This document shows, piece after piece, positions 49,363-59,158 of a DNA stretch of 64,000 nt. The notes below the pieces were generated by a model. That model made no database searches. It was not told the origin of the DNA and saw nothing but the letters and a program-made list of their open reading frames with translations. Position numbers and translations under genes: made by a program. Position 1 is the first letter of the stretch. Every line of letters starts with the position of its first letter. The DNA is from Thermodesulfobacteriota bacterium (lineage in GTDB: Bacteria; Desulfobacterota_D; UBA1144; Nemesobacterales; Mycalebacteriaceae): the NCBI GenBank assembly GCA_965226585.1, contig OZ245366.1, positions 128,001 through 192,000 of the forward strand, read 5' to 3'.

Positions 49363-51005
49363 TGAAACCGAGAATCAGAGAGGAAGTTTTGCGCGCGCTT
49401 ACCGCCGTTGCGGGCGCGGACGCGGCGGAGGGTTTTGAGATTGAAACGCCGCGCCGCAAAGAGTTCGGTGATTTTTCAACCAACGCGGCAATGGCGGTGG
49501 CAAAAAAATCGGGCGGGAACCCGCGGGAACTCGCCGCCGCCCTGACGCGGTTTTTTGAAGAAAACAGCGCGGATATTTTTGAAAAAGTGGAGGTCGCGGG
49601 ACCGGGCTTTATCAACTTTTTCGTAAAGCCGGGGGCAATACTCTCAGGTCTTGAAAAGATAGAGCGGCTGGGAAGCAGGTTCGGGGCGGGAGAGCGCGGC
49701 GGGGAAACAGCTCTGATTGAGTTTGTGAGCGCGAACCCGACGGGTCCTCTTCACTTCGGGCACGCGCGCGGCGCGGTTGTGGGAGATGTTCTCGCAAACG
49801 TGCTTGAGTTCGCCGGAACACGGGTTGAGCGCGAGTTCTATATTAACGACGCGGGAAATCAAATGGAGATGCTTGGGCAGTCAGTCCGGGCGGCGGTGAT
49901 GAAACTGCTCGGAAAAGACGGAGAAATCCCCGCTGACGGCTACCGGGGCGAATACATATTGGAGATTGCGCGTGAGATTGTTGAGAGCAAAAAAGCGGAA
50001 GAGGAGATAACGCCCGAATTGTGCAAGCAGTTCGCCTATGAAAAACTGCTTGGCGCGATACGGGAAGACCTCGCCTTTATCGGTGTTGAGTTCAACAAAT
50101 GGGTTAGCGAAAAAGAGCTTCTCCATTCGGAAGACGGGGAGAGAAAAACCCTGATTGACCGCGCGATGGAAAAACTGCGCGAGGCGGACGCGGTGAAAAA
50201 AGAGGGAGGCGCCGAGTGGTTCAAGGCGACAGACTACGGCGATTCTCAGGACTGGGTTCTCATAAAAAAAGACGGTTCGTCCACTTACTTTCTTTCAGAC
50301 ATCGCGTATCACTCGGAAAAGTTTTCAAGGGGTTTCGACAAACTGATCAACATCTGGGGAGCTGACCATCACAGCCATGTCGGCCGTCTTAAAGAGGCGG
50401 TTTCGGCAATGGGGCTTTCAGATTCAGCTCTTGAGTTCCTTCTCATACAGTTCGTCCGCCTTGTGCAAGACGGCAAAGAACAGGCGATGGGCAAAAGGGC
50501 GGGAAGTTATGTAACTCTGCGCGAGGTGGCGGAAAGTGTCGGGGCGGATGTAACGCGCTTTTTTCTCCTCATGCGGGCGGTGGAAAGTCATCTGGATTTT
50601 GACCTTGAACTCGCGTGCAAAAGTTCAAATGAAAACCCCGTTTATTACGTGCAGTACGCACACGCAAGGGCGGGAAGCATAAAACGCAACGCGGACGAAA
50701 AAAACATCACCGCTTCATCTGAACATTTGAACCTGCTTGTGCTTGAGCCGGAGATTGAAATAACAAAAATTCTGCTTTCATTCCCCGATGTTGTCCGCGA
50801 CAGCGCGCGCACCCTCGCGCCTCACAAAATTGCATTTTACCTTCAGGGGCTTGCTTCCGCTTTTCATTCCTACTACAATGCCAACAGGGTTATTACGGAC
50901 GATGAAAGCCTGTCATCGGCGCGGCTTTTCCTGTGCGGGTGCGTGAGCGTTGTCTTGAAAAACGGTCTTGGGCTTCTTGGGGTTTCGGCGCCTGAGAGGA
51001 TGTGA
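49362..51005 (+). CDS. argS: Arginine--tRNA ligase
   Basis: GDFSTN, AGPGFINF, EFVSANPTGPLHFGH, YVQYAHAR and SAPERM motifs. Confidence 0.98.
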   Translation: MKPRIREEVLRALTAVAGADAAEGFEIETPRRKEFGDFSTNAAMAVAKKSGGNPRELAAALTRFFEENSADIFEKVEVAGPGFINFFVKPGAILSGLEKIERLGSRFGAGERGGETALIEFVSANPTGPLHFGHARGAVVGDVLANVLEFAGTRVEREFYINDAGNQMEMLGQSVRAAVMKLLGKDGEIPADGYRGEYILEIAREIVESKKAEEEITPELCKQFAYEKLLGAIREDLAFIGVEFNKWVSEKELLHSEDGERKTLIDRAMEKLREADAVKKEGGAEWFKATDYGDSQDWVLIKKDGSSTYFLSDIAYHSEKFSRGFDKLINIWGADHHSHVGRLKEAVSAMGLSDSALEFLLIQFVRLVQDGKEQAMGKRAGSYVTLREVAESVGADVTRFFLLMRAVESHLDFDLELACKSSNENPVYYVQYAHARAGSIKRNADEKNITASSEHLNLLVLEPEIEITKILLSFPDVVRDSARTLAPHKIAFYLQGLASAFHSYYNANRVITDDESLSSARLFLCGCVSVVLKNGLGLLGVSAPERM

Positions 51006-51011
51006 GCGGCA

Positions 51012-51737
51012 ATGGAAATAAACGAAGAAATATTCAGCAGAAGCAAAGACAAAAAGGGACCCGAAGGCACAAAAATTCTCGGCACCGGCGCGAAAATTCT
51101 GTGGCTGATGCTCACAAAGCCGATTGAGGACTACCTCATAGAAAAAAGGTGCCACCCGGACGCTCTCACATACACAACACTTCTGGTTTCCGCCTTCACG
51201 GGACTTCTGTTCTCGCAGGGGTGGATATTTCTCGCGGGTGTTTTTCTGCTTGCCGGCTCAACCGCAGATATTTTTGACGGCCGCCTTGCGCGAACTCTGA
51301 ACGTTTCTTCCCCGCGCGGCGCGTTTCTTGATTCATGCGTTGACCGGGTGGCGGAGATTTTCATCTACCTCGGTGTTATGAGCCACTTGCGCGACTCGGT
51401 TTTCATATACGTGATAGTTCTTGTTGTCGGCTCATCCGTGCTGGTCAGTTACGTGCGGGCGCGCGCCGAGGGGCTTGGCATCAGTTGCAGTATGGGAATT
51501 ATGCAGAGAACCGAACGGGTGGTCTATCTGGGGGTCGCTTCCATGCTGAACTTCATTATTGACGGGATTGCGCGTTTCGGGGGTTTGAGCGGAGGAGACT
51601 ACGGCTTGAAAATCGCGCTTATCGCCCTGCTTGTTTTCTCAACCTACACGGCTTTTGAGCGCGTGAGGCACACGCTGGGAGAGATTGAAAAACAGAGTGG
51701 AGATTCCGCGCCGCCGTGGCGGCCGCCGGGTGGCTGA
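51012..51737 (+). CDS. CDP-alcohol phosphatidyltransferase (PI-phosphate synthase-like)
   Basis: Signature DIFDGRLAR..GAFLDSCVDR; VSYVRARAEGLG and GIMQRTER motifs. Confidence 0.88.
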   Translation: MEINEEIFSRSKDKKGPEGTKILGTGAKILWLMLTKPIEDYLIEKRCHPDALTYTTLLVSAFTGLLFSQGWIFLAGVFLLAGSTADIFDGRLARTLNVSSPRGAFLDSCVDRVAEIFIYLGVMSHLRDSVFIYVIVLVVGSSVLVSYVRARAEGLGISCSMGIMQRTERVVYLGVASMLNFIIDGIARFGGLSGGDYGLKIALIALLVFSTYTAFERVRHTLGEIEKQSGDSAPPWRPPGG

Positions 51738-51741
51738 AGGG

Positions 51742-52095
51742 TCAGCCGCCTTTTACCCTTTCTTTTATCCTGCTGGCTTTCTTGGAAAGTCCGCGCATGT
51801 AGTAAAGTTTCGCCCTTCTGACCTTGCCAGGCCGTTTCAGTTCAATCTTGTTTATGAGAGGGGAATGAAACGGGAAAATTCTCTCCACGCCGACTCCGTA
51901 TGACACCTTTCTGACGGTGAAGGTTCGGCGCATTCCGCCGCCTTTGAGGCTTATAACCGTCCCTTCAAAAACCTGATTCCTTCTTTTGTCGCCTTCAAGA
52001 ATGTTGTAGTGAACGGCGATAAGGTCTCCGGGACGGAAACCGGGCATATCGCTTCTTACTTGCGCCTGTTCAAAATCTTCAATTATTCTGCTCAT
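51742..52095 (-). CDS. rplS: 50S ribosomal protein L19
   Basis: [23 protein letters not shown] and VRRAKLYY motifs. Confidence 0.98.
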   Translation of the reverse strand: MSRIIEDFEQAQVRSDMPGFRPGDLIAVHYNILEGDKRRNQVFEGTVISLKGGGMRRTFTVRKVSYGVGVERIFPFHSPLINKIELKRPGKVRRAKLYYMRGLSKKASRIKERVKGG

Positions 52096-52110
52096 CTGTT
52101 CTCTCCCGAA

Positions 52111-53409
52111 TCAAAACCTGCACGAAAACAGCCTGTCCATTATCGCCGCCGCCGCGCCGCGAACCGGAAGGTGGTTATAATTGCCGTAACCCCTCAGCGG
52201 TTTAAGCACATGGTCGGCTGATTCTATCACCTCGCGGGCAATTCCCCAACCCGTGCCCAGAAGAAGAAGATACGGACGGTCTGCCGCCATAATCCTCTCC
52301 CTCATTTCCCCGTATCCGGTCATGTTTCCGTCAAACCTCGCGTCAGTCGCGATAACTTCGGGTTTTGCGCCCTCAATTTTCTCTATCGCGTCCTTAACCT
52401 CTCCGAGCCCCGTCTCCATTCTCACAATACGCATCGCGTCACGGCGGGTTGGATTAAACTCCGCGCCCGCGCCGTCTGTCCAGTGTTTCAGAACCCTCTG
52501 CGCGAGTTCCCGCTGTTCGGCAACGGGATTTACCAGAAAAAAGTTTTTCACCCCGTAAGTCCGGCACGTTCTGGCTATGTCGTGAATATCCAGATTCGTA
52601 AACGCAGACGCAACCGTCTTGAACTCCTTATTGTATACGGGATAGTGGAGCAAGGCAACATACGCCCTGTAGCCGGGCGCGGTGTCTTTCTGCAGTTTGC
52701 ACAGCGCGGCGGTTTCGTCTTTTGAAAGTTTTGAGCGGTCAAGAATATCTGGTCTTTTGCGGAGAGTGTTTTTTATGCGCGCCTCTTTTCTCCACTCCGC
52801 CACTTTCGCGTGGTTTCCCGAAAGAAGCACCGGCGGCACCTCCGCGCCCCGGTAGTTTTCAGGGCGCGTGTATTGCGGATGACTCAGGAGACCGCCGGAA
52901 AGAGATTCGTCTTCGGTGGAAGCGGTGTTTCCCACAACGCCGGGAATCAGGCGGGAAACCGAGTCCGTTATCACGGCGGCGGCGTATTCCCCGCCTGAAA
53001 TTATGTAGTCTCCGATTGAAACCTCCATATCTATGTGCAAATCGTTCACCCTTTCATCAACGCCCTCATACCGTCCGCACACGATAACAATTTTGTCAAA
53101 GTCCAGAAGTTTCCGCGCCATTTTCCCGTCAAACGGCTTGCCCTGAGCCGAGGTGAGCAGGGTAGCCGTCTTTTCCGTCCCTGATTTTGCGGAGTCAATC
53201 GCCTTGCCAAGCGGCTCCGGAAGAAACAGCATTCCCTCGCCGCCGCCGTAGGGTTTGTCGTCAACAACCTTGTGTTTGTCTCCGGCAAAGTCTCTGAGGT
53301 TGGACACTTTGATGTCCACAAGCCCTTTCTCACGAGCTTTTGACAAAATCCCGCAGGAAAAAACCGAATCAAAAAACTCAGGAAATATGGTGATAATTTC
53401 GTATTTCAT
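52111..53409 (-). CDS. trmD: tRNA m1G37 methyltransferase TrmD fused to a Tm1570-like (DUF2168) SPOUT domain
   Basis: TrmD motifs VDDKPYGGG, CGRYEGVDER, SIGDY, LLSGNH; then VALLHYPV..TNLDIHDIAR..GTGWG..YNHLPVR. Confidence 0.95.
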   Translation of the reverse strand: MKYEIITIFPEFFDSVFSCGILSKAREKGLVDIKVSNLRDFAGDKHKVVDDKPYGGGEGMLFLPEPLGKAIDSAKSGTEKTATLLTSAQGKPFDGKMARKLLDFDKIVIVCGRYEGVDERVNDLHIDMEVSIGDYIISGGEYAAAVITDSVSRLIPGVVGNTASTEDESLSGGLLSHPQYTRPENYRGAEVPPVLLSGNHAKVAEWRKEARIKNTLRKRPDILDRSKLSKDETAALCKLQKDTAPGYRAYVALLHYPVYNKEFKTVASAFTNLDIHDIARTCRTYGVKNFFLVNPVAEQRELAQRVLKHWTDGAGAEFNPTRRDAMRIVRMETGLGEVKDAIEKIEGAKPEVIATDARFDGNMTGYGEMRERIMAADRPYLLLLGTGWGIAREVIESADHVLKPLRGYGNYNHLPVRGAAAAIMDRLFSCRF

Positions 53410-53924
53410 TGGTTCTCTTCAAGCATCTCCGTGTTTCTGACAACCACCTCTCCCGCGCTTATATCCACTCGCTCTATGAATTTTTCCACAAGCGGAACAA
53501 GAAGGTCGCCGCCGCCGGTTTTTGATATCACAAGCACAGACTGTAAACCCGTGTGCAAAACAGACTCCACCTCTCCCGCCGCCTCGCCCCGCCGGGTAAC
53601 CGCGCGCAAACCGGTGAGTTGAAAATCGTAGTACTCGCCATCCGCCGCCGGAGGCAGGTCGGCCTCCTCCACCATAACAACCGCGCCGTGAAAACCTTGC
53701 GCCTGAGAAGGAGTTTCAACACCCCGCAGTTTTATTATCGCGTCTTTTGCCCGGAAAGTTTTTTCCGTTATATCAAAACTTCGCGGCGCGGACGCGCCTG
53801 ATGTTTTTACGTAAATGCGTTTTATGCTTTTGAGAGCGGACAGGTCGCCGCTTAAGGAAACCAGTTTCAAGCCTCCGGAAAGACCGTGGCTTTTTGCAAT
53901 CCTTCCGTAATCAATCAGCCTCAT
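53406..53924 (-). CDS. rimM: Ribosome maturation factor RimM
   Basis: GRIAKSHGLSG, EYYDFQLTGL and LLVPLV motifs; operon context. Confidence 0.93.
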   Translation of the reverse strand: MRLIDYGRIAKSHGLSGGLKLVSLSGDLSALKSIKRIYVKTSGASAPRSFDITEKTFRAKDAIIKLRGVETPSQAQGFHGAVVMVEEADLPPAADGEYYDFQLTGLRAVTRRGEAAGEVESVLHTGLQSVLVISKTGGGDLLVPLVEKFIERVDISAGEVVVRNTEMLEENQ

Positions 53925-53935
53925 CGCCTCCCGGC

Positions 53936-54175
53936 TTAGTCAACTATGTCCATCGTGAACCATGTGCCGCGCTTTGCGGCGGCGGCACTCAGAAGAACCC
54001 TGAGTGCTTTCGCGGTTTTGCCCTGTCTTCCTATTATCTTCCCCATATCGGGCTGGGCAACTTTGAGGCGGAGAGCCGTTTTGCCTTCCGTAACGGACTC
54101 CTCTATCTCAACCCTTTCCGGCTCGTCAACTATTGACGCGGCGAGGAAGTGAAGCAGATCCTTCAGACTTCCCAT
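53936..54175 (-). CDS. khpA: KH-domain RNA-binding protein KhpA
   Basis: [17 protein letters not shown]; located between rpsP and rimM. Confidence 0.93.
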   Translation of the reverse strand: MGSLKDLLHFLAASIVDEPERVEIEESVTEGKTALRLKVAQPDMGKIIGRQGKTAKALRVLLSAAAAKRGTWFTMDIVD

Positions 54176-54408
54176 TTTTCAATCCCCGAAATCAGTTTCT
54201 TAACCGTGTTTGACGGCTTCGCGCCTTTTGAAACCCATGCCTTAAACTTTTCCCCGTCAACCTTCAACTCATGCGGTCTTTTGACCGGGTCATAAAATCC
54301 GAGAATCTCAAGAAATTTCCCGTCTCTCGCGCGACGCGAATCAGCCGCGACAATCCTGTAAAACGGTTTCTTCTTCGCTCCCATTCTTGTAAGTCGTATT
54401 CTTACCAA
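54163..54408 (-). CDS. rpsP: 30S ribosomal protein S16
   Basis: TTG start after [46 protein letters not shown]. Confidence 0.97.
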   Translation of the reverse strand: MVRIRLTRMGAKKKPFYRIVAADSRRARDGKFLEILGFYDPVKRPHELKVDGEKFKAWVSKGAKPSNTVKKLISGIEKWEV

Positions 54409-54482
54409 AGTCCAACCCCCTCGGCGGAAAACCGCCCGCTTTGAGCAAGGCAAGTGTATACCATTATCAAAAAGTTCCAAAC

Positions 54483-55808
54483 TCACGCAAGCCCCGGAAT
54501 TTTTCCGGCAAGCGCGCCGCCCGCGCCTTTCTTCATAAGCGATTGCATCTTTATAAACTGCTTTATCGTCCTGTTGACCTCCGCCACGGTCGTTCCGCTT
54601 CCCTTTGCTATCCTCTTCCTTCTGCTTCCGTTTATGATTCTGTGGTCTCTTCTCTCTCGCGGCGTCATGGAATCAACAATGGCTATTCCTTTCTTCATCG
54701 CCGCCCGCGCCTTGTCGGTCGCCTGCTGATTTTTCAAAAGCCCCGCCGCTCCGGGAACCATCGCGGCTACGCTCTCAATGGAGCCCATTTTCCCGACCGC
54801 CTGAATGCTCTGCCTGTAGTCCTCAAGGGTGAAGCGGTTTTTGAGCGCGGCGCGGGCAAGACGCTCCGCTTCCTCTTCTGAAACCGCATCCTGCGCCTTT
54901 TCCACAAGCGTCATCACGTCTCCCATTCCGAGAATGCGGGACGCTATCCTTTCAGGATGAAAAACCTCAATATCGTCCGTTTTTTCCCCCGTTCCGAAAA
55001 ACTTTATGGGCTTTCCCGTCACGGCGCGCATGGACAGAGCCGCCCCGCCGCGTGAATCGCCGTCCATCTTGGTGAGAACCACGCCGCTTATATCAAGCGC
55101 CTCGTTGAAACTCTGCGCCACATTAACGGCGTCCTGCCCCGTCATCGCGTCCGCAACGAGCAGAATCTCATCGGGCGCGGCGGCTGAGATGATGCGTTTC
55201 AATTCTCCCATCAGTTCTTCGTCTATGTGGAGACGCCCGGCGGTGTCGAAAATCACGGTGTCAAAACCGTTCGGGCGGGCAAACTGTTTCGCGCCGGAGC
55301 ATATCTGTTCGGGTGTCGCGCCTTCGGGCGGCTCGTAGAAACCCGCGCCGACCGATGAGGCGAGCGTTCTCAACTGCTCTTTTGCGGCGGGGCGGTGAAC
55401 ATCTGCCGGAACAAGCAGGGTTTTTGCCTTCTGTTTTGAGAGGAAAACCGACAGTTTCGCGCAGAAGGTTGTTTTTCCCGCGCCCTGAAGCCCCGCCGTC
55501 ATAATAGAGAAAGGCGATGAGCGGCGCGTAAGCCCTTCGCTTTTTTCACCGAGAAACGCGGTCAGTTCATCTTTTACGGTTTTTACGAAATGCTGTCCGG
55601 CGGTAAGCCCTTTTTCCGGCTCCGAGCCGAGCGTTTTGCTTTTTACGGACTCAACAAAATCCTTCACGACCCGGAAGTTGACGTCCGCCTCAAGCAGGCT
55701 CAGGCGCACCTCCCTGAGCGTGGAGTCAATATTCTCCTCCGTCAGCCGTGTGCCGCGCCCCGCTTTGCCCAGTATTGCGGAGAATTTTTCAGAAATTCCT
55801 TCAAACAT
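54483..55808 (-). CDS. ffh: Signal recognition particle protein
   Basis: Start MFEGISEKF at 55808; [25 protein letters not shown] and SMTPRER motifs. Confidence 0.97.
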   Translation of the reverse strand: MFEGISEKFSAILGKAGRGTRLTEENIDSTLREVRLSLLEADVNFRVVKDFVESVKSKTLGSEPEKGLTAGQHFVKTVKDELTAFLGEKSEGLTRRSSPFSIMTAGLQGAGKTTFCAKLSVFLSKQKAKTLLVPADVHRPAAKEQLRTLASSVGAGFYEPPEGATPEQICSGAKQFARPNGFDTVIFDTAGRLHIDEELMGELKRIISAAAPDEILLVADAMTGQDAVNVAQSFNEALDISGVVLTKMDGDSRGGAALSMRAVTGKPIKFFGTGEKTDDIEVFHPERIASRILGMGDVMTLVEKAQDAVSEEEAERLARAALKNRFTLEDYRQSIQAVGKMGSIESVAAMVPGAAGLLKNQQATDKARAAMKKGIAIVDSMTPRERRDHRIINGSRRKRIAKGSGTTVAEVNRTIKQFIKMQSLMKKGAGGALAGKIPGLA

Positions 55809-55871
55809 TGCTCTGTGGATTCTACCGGAATAAAACTGGACAACACGAATTTTATCCTTAAAATTCGTGTG

Positions 55872-56450
55872 ATGTCCGAAGTAATGACTTATCTGAAAAA
55901 TGCCGTTTCGCATCCCCTGCGCACGGCGTCTTTGCTCCCGTCTTCGGAGCGGCTCAGCAACATGATTGTGAATACGGCTGAGGTTTTGCGCGCCGATGTG
56001 ATTGTGGAGTTCGGCTCCGGAACGGGAGCGATTACGGAAAAAATAATTGAAAAAATGAACCCGTCCGCAAGGCTCGTGGCGATGGAGATAAATCCTGATT
56101 TTTCCGAGCAGACAAAGAAGCGGTTTCCGCAGGCGGTTGTTTTCAACAAGTGCGCGGGCGAAACGCTCGACTGCCTTGAGAGTCTGGGAATCGAGGGATG
56201 CGACAGAATTGTTTCGGGTCTGCCGTGGGCGGTTTTCGGAAGCAGTTTTCAGAAAAAACTTCTCTCCGCCGCGCGCGAAGCGTTGAACCCCGGAGGGGTT
56301 TTCGTTTCCTTTGCCTACGCGCCTATGCACGTTTTGCCGGGCGGAAAGAATTTCAGAAACAACCTTGAGGCAATGTTCAGCAAGGTGGAAAAAACAAAAA
56401 TCGAGTGGCGCAACCTGCCGCCGGCTTTTGTGTACCGCGCCCAAAAGTAA
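55872..56450 (+). CDS. Class I SAM-dependent methyltransferase (phospholipid N-methyltransferase-like)
   Basis: HPLRTASLLPSS, VEFGSGTGAIT, IVSGLPW and NLPPAFVY motifs. Confidence 0.82.
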   Translation: MSEVMTYLKNAVSHPLRTASLLPSSERLSNMIVNTAEVLRADVIVEFGSGTGAITEKIIEKMNPSARLVAMEINPDFSEQTKKRFPQAVVFNKCAGETLDCLESLGIEGCDRIVSGLPWAVFGSSFQKKLLSAAREALNPGGVFVSFAYAPMHVLPGGKNFRNNLEAMFSKVEKTKIEWRNLPPAFVYRAQK

Positions 56451-56458
56451 GGGGTTTT

Positions 56459-56487
56459 TTGACACCCCGCGCCCCAGTCCCTACACT
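56459..56487 (+). promoter_or_regulatory. Putative sigma70 promoter of polA (TTGACA-N17-TACACT)
   Basis: Consensus -35, 17-bp spacer; -10 ends 7 nt before ATG 56495. Confidence 0.7.
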
Positions 56488-56494
56488 TCCGTTT

Positions 56495-59158
56495 ATGCCC
56501 CCCTTGTATCTGATAGACGGCAGTTCGTATGTTTTCCGCGCCTACTACGCGGTCAACCGGAGTTTCACAACATCAGACGGATTTCCCACAAACGCCGTTT
56601 TCGGATTTTCAAACATACTGCGCAAATTTTTGAAAGATGTTGAACCAAAGTACGCGGGAGTAGTTTTTGATTCCAAAGGCGACACATTCAGAAACGAAAT
56701 GTATCCCGAATACAAGGCGAACCGAGGTCCCGCGCCTGAAGACTTGAGCGTGCAGATTGAAAAGATAATGGAGCTTGCGGACGCAATGGGCGTGAAGGTT
56801 CTTCAGAAAGAGGGATTTGAAGCGGACGACCTGATGGCAACGGTGGCAAAGGCGGAAGAGAAACGGGGCGGCGAAGTGGTGCTGGTTACCGGCGACAAAG
56901 ATTTCTGCCAGATAGTTTCAGAGCAAATCACCATTTTTGACACGGGCAAAGATCTTAAAATCGGAGTTGAGCAGGTCAAAGAAAAATACGGGCTCGCCCC
57001 CGAACGGTTTGTTGATTTTCTCGCCCTCGTGGGAGACGCATCCGACAACATTCCCGGAGTTGAAGGTGTGGGACCCAAAAGCGCGGCAAAACTGCTCGCC
57101 GAATACGGCTCGCTTGAAAAAGTTTACGAAAACACCGCCTCCCTGAAAGGCAAGCAGAGAGAGAGAATTGAGCGCGACAAAGACAAGGCGTTTTTGAGCA
57201 GAAAACTTGCCGAGTTGAAAACTGATGTGGACATAGAAACCGCGCGCGAAAGTTTTCTCTACGAAGGGGCAAAGAAGGAAAAACTTTCCGCCCTTCACAG
57301 AGAACTTGAGTTCGGCGAGGCGGCGGAAATAAAGAAACAGGAAACGGAAAACTACGAACTGATTTCAGACGCTGAGACTCTTGACTCTCTGATTGATGAG
57401 ATAAAAAAATCGGGAGTCGTTTCCATAGACCTTGAAACATCTTCCAAACGCCCGACCGAGGCAGACATTGTGGGAGCGGCTCTCACTACCGGGGGCGGAC
57501 GCCACTGCTACGTACCGGTGGCGCATGATGAAGTCCCCGGAGGGTGGGACGGAAAAGCCGCGCTTGAAAAAATCAAAACGGTCGCCGAAGACCCGGAGAT
57601 TAGAAAAATAGGGCAGAACCTGAAATACGAGCACATAGTTTTCGCGCGGAGCGGAATTGACTTCCGGGGCATCTTTTTTGACACGATGACCGCCGCGCAT
57701 TTTATCGATTCCTCTCACCTGAGTTACGGGCTTGATTTCCTCGCGCGCAAACATCTCGGACGCTCGCTCACGTCTTATAAGACTGCGACAACCGTGGACG
57801 GAAAACAGGTCGGGTTCGCAAACGTGCCGCTTGAGAAGGCAAAAAACTACGCCTGCGAAGATTCGGACGCCGCGATGGAGATTTACAAAAAACTGTCCGC
57901 CGAAGTTGACAGCGCGGGGCTCAGGGAAAACTACGACAGATGGTCTCTCGGTTTAACCGGCGTTATTTCCGCTATGGAAAGGGAAGGCGTTCTGATTGAC
58001 ACCGCAGGATTTGAGAAAATATCGCGTGAATTCGGGGAGAAAACCTCCGTCATATCAAGGCAGATATACGAGGCGGCGGGATATGAGTTGAACATAAACT
58101 CCACCGCGCAACTGAGGGAGCTGCTTTTCGGAAAACTGGGAATTGAAGCCACAAAACGCACGGCAAAGGGCGAGCCCTCAACAGACTCGGAAGTGCTTGG
58201 GTCAATCCTCCATCCCGTTGCGGGGCTGATACTAAAATACCGGGAGATTGCCAAACTGAAATCAACCTACGTTGACGCGCTTCCAAAACTTGTAAATCCC
58301 GAAACCGGAAGAATCCACACCTCGTACAGCCCCACCGGAACATCAACCGGAAGACTGAGTTCAAGCGACCCCAACCTTCAGAACATTCCCGTAAAAAGCG
58401 AGGAGGGAAGGAGAATCCGCCGGGCATTTGTTCCAAAAGACGGTTTTGTTTTTGTGTCCGCCGACTACTCGCAGATAGAACTGCGCCTGCTTGCCCACTT
58501 TTCTGGAGACGAAAAACTGACCGCCGCTTTTGAAAACGGCGAAGACATTCACCGCTCAACGGCGGCGGAAATATTCGGAGTTGAGCCCGCAGACGTAACG
58601 GCCGACATGAGGCGGCTCGCCAAGAACATAAACTTCGGAATCATCTACGGCATCAGCCCGTTCGGGCTTTCAAAACAGCTTGGCGCGTCCGTGAAGCAGT
58701 CGGGGGCGTATATGGAAGAATACTTCAGCCGCTACCCGAAAGTGAAAACGTATATGAGAAATTACGCGGAAAAGGCGCGGGTGGCGGGCTACGCGGAAAC
58801 GATTGCCGGGCGGAGAAGACCCATTCCTGAACTGCGCTCAAAAAACAGGCTGAAAATAAAAAACGGCGAAAGAGCGGCAATCAACACGCCCATTCAGGGG
58901 TCTGCGGCGGACATAATCAACGCCGCGATGATAAACATCCACGAGAAACTTCTGCCCATGCGGTCGGTGATGATTCTTCAGGTTCACGATGAACTGATAT
59001 TTGAGGCGACTGTGGACGAAAAGGAAAAGGTTGCCGCGATAGCGAAGCGGGAAATGGAAAGCACCCCTTTCAAACTTGTAACGCCCATGAGGGTTGAGTT
59101 GAAAGAGGGAACAAACTGGGCGGAGATGGAAGAGCCGCCCTACTTTTCCGATATGTAA
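56495..59158 (+). CDS. polA: DNA polymerase I
   Basis: LIDGSSYVFRAY 5'-nuclease, DLET 3'-5' exonuclease, DYSQIELR, NFGIIYG and LQVHDEL motifs. Confidence 0.99.
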   Translation: MPPLYLIDGSSYVFRAYYAVNRSFTTSDGFPTNAVFGFSNILRKFLKDVEPKYAGVVFDSKGDTFRNEMYPEYKANRGPAPEDLSVQIEKIMELADAMGVKVLQKEGFEADDLMATVAKAEEKRGGEVVLVTGDKDFCQIVSEQITIFDTGKDLKIGVEQVKEKYGLAPERFVDFLALVGDASDNIPGVEGVGPKSAAKLLAEYGSLEKVYENTASLKGKQRERIERDKDKAFLSRKLAELKTDVDIETARESFLYEGAKKEKLSALHRELEFGEAAEIKKQETENYELISDAETLDSLIDEIKKSGVVSIDLETSSKRPTEADIVGAALTTGGGRHCYVPVAHDEVPGGWDGKAALEKIKTVAEDPEIRKIGQNLKYEHIVFARSGIDFRGIFFDTMTAAHFIDSSHLSYGLDFLARKHLGRSLTSYKTATTVDGKQVGFANVPLEKAKNYACEDSDAAMEIYKKLSAEVDSAGLRENYDRWSLGLTGVISAMEREGVLIDTAGFEKISREFGEKTSVISRQIYEAAGYELNINSTAQLRELLFGKLGIEATKRTAKGEPSTDSEVLGSILHPVAGLILKYREIAKLKSTYVDALPKLVNPETGRIHTSYSPTGTSTGRLSSSDPNLQNIPVKSEEGRRIRRAFVPKDGFVFVSADYSQIELRLLAHFSGDEKLTAAFENGEDIHRSTAAEIFGVEPADVTADMRRLAKNINFGIIYGISPFGLSKQLGASVKQSGAYMEEYFSRYPKVKTYMRNYAEKARVAGYAETIAGRRRPIPELRSKNRLKIKNGERAAINTPIQGSAADIINAAMINIHEKLLPMRSVMILQVHDELIFEATVDEKEKVAAIAKREMESTPFKLVTPMRVELKEGTNWAEMEEPPYFSDM

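Noticed and set aside
55809..56465. 219-aa N-terminal extension of Ffh
   Set aside because: It overlaps the real plus-strand methyltransferase; Ffh homology begins at MFEG (55808).
59140..59158. 19-bp convergent overlap of polA and pepA
   Set aside because: Short tail-to-tail overlaps are common in compact genomes.
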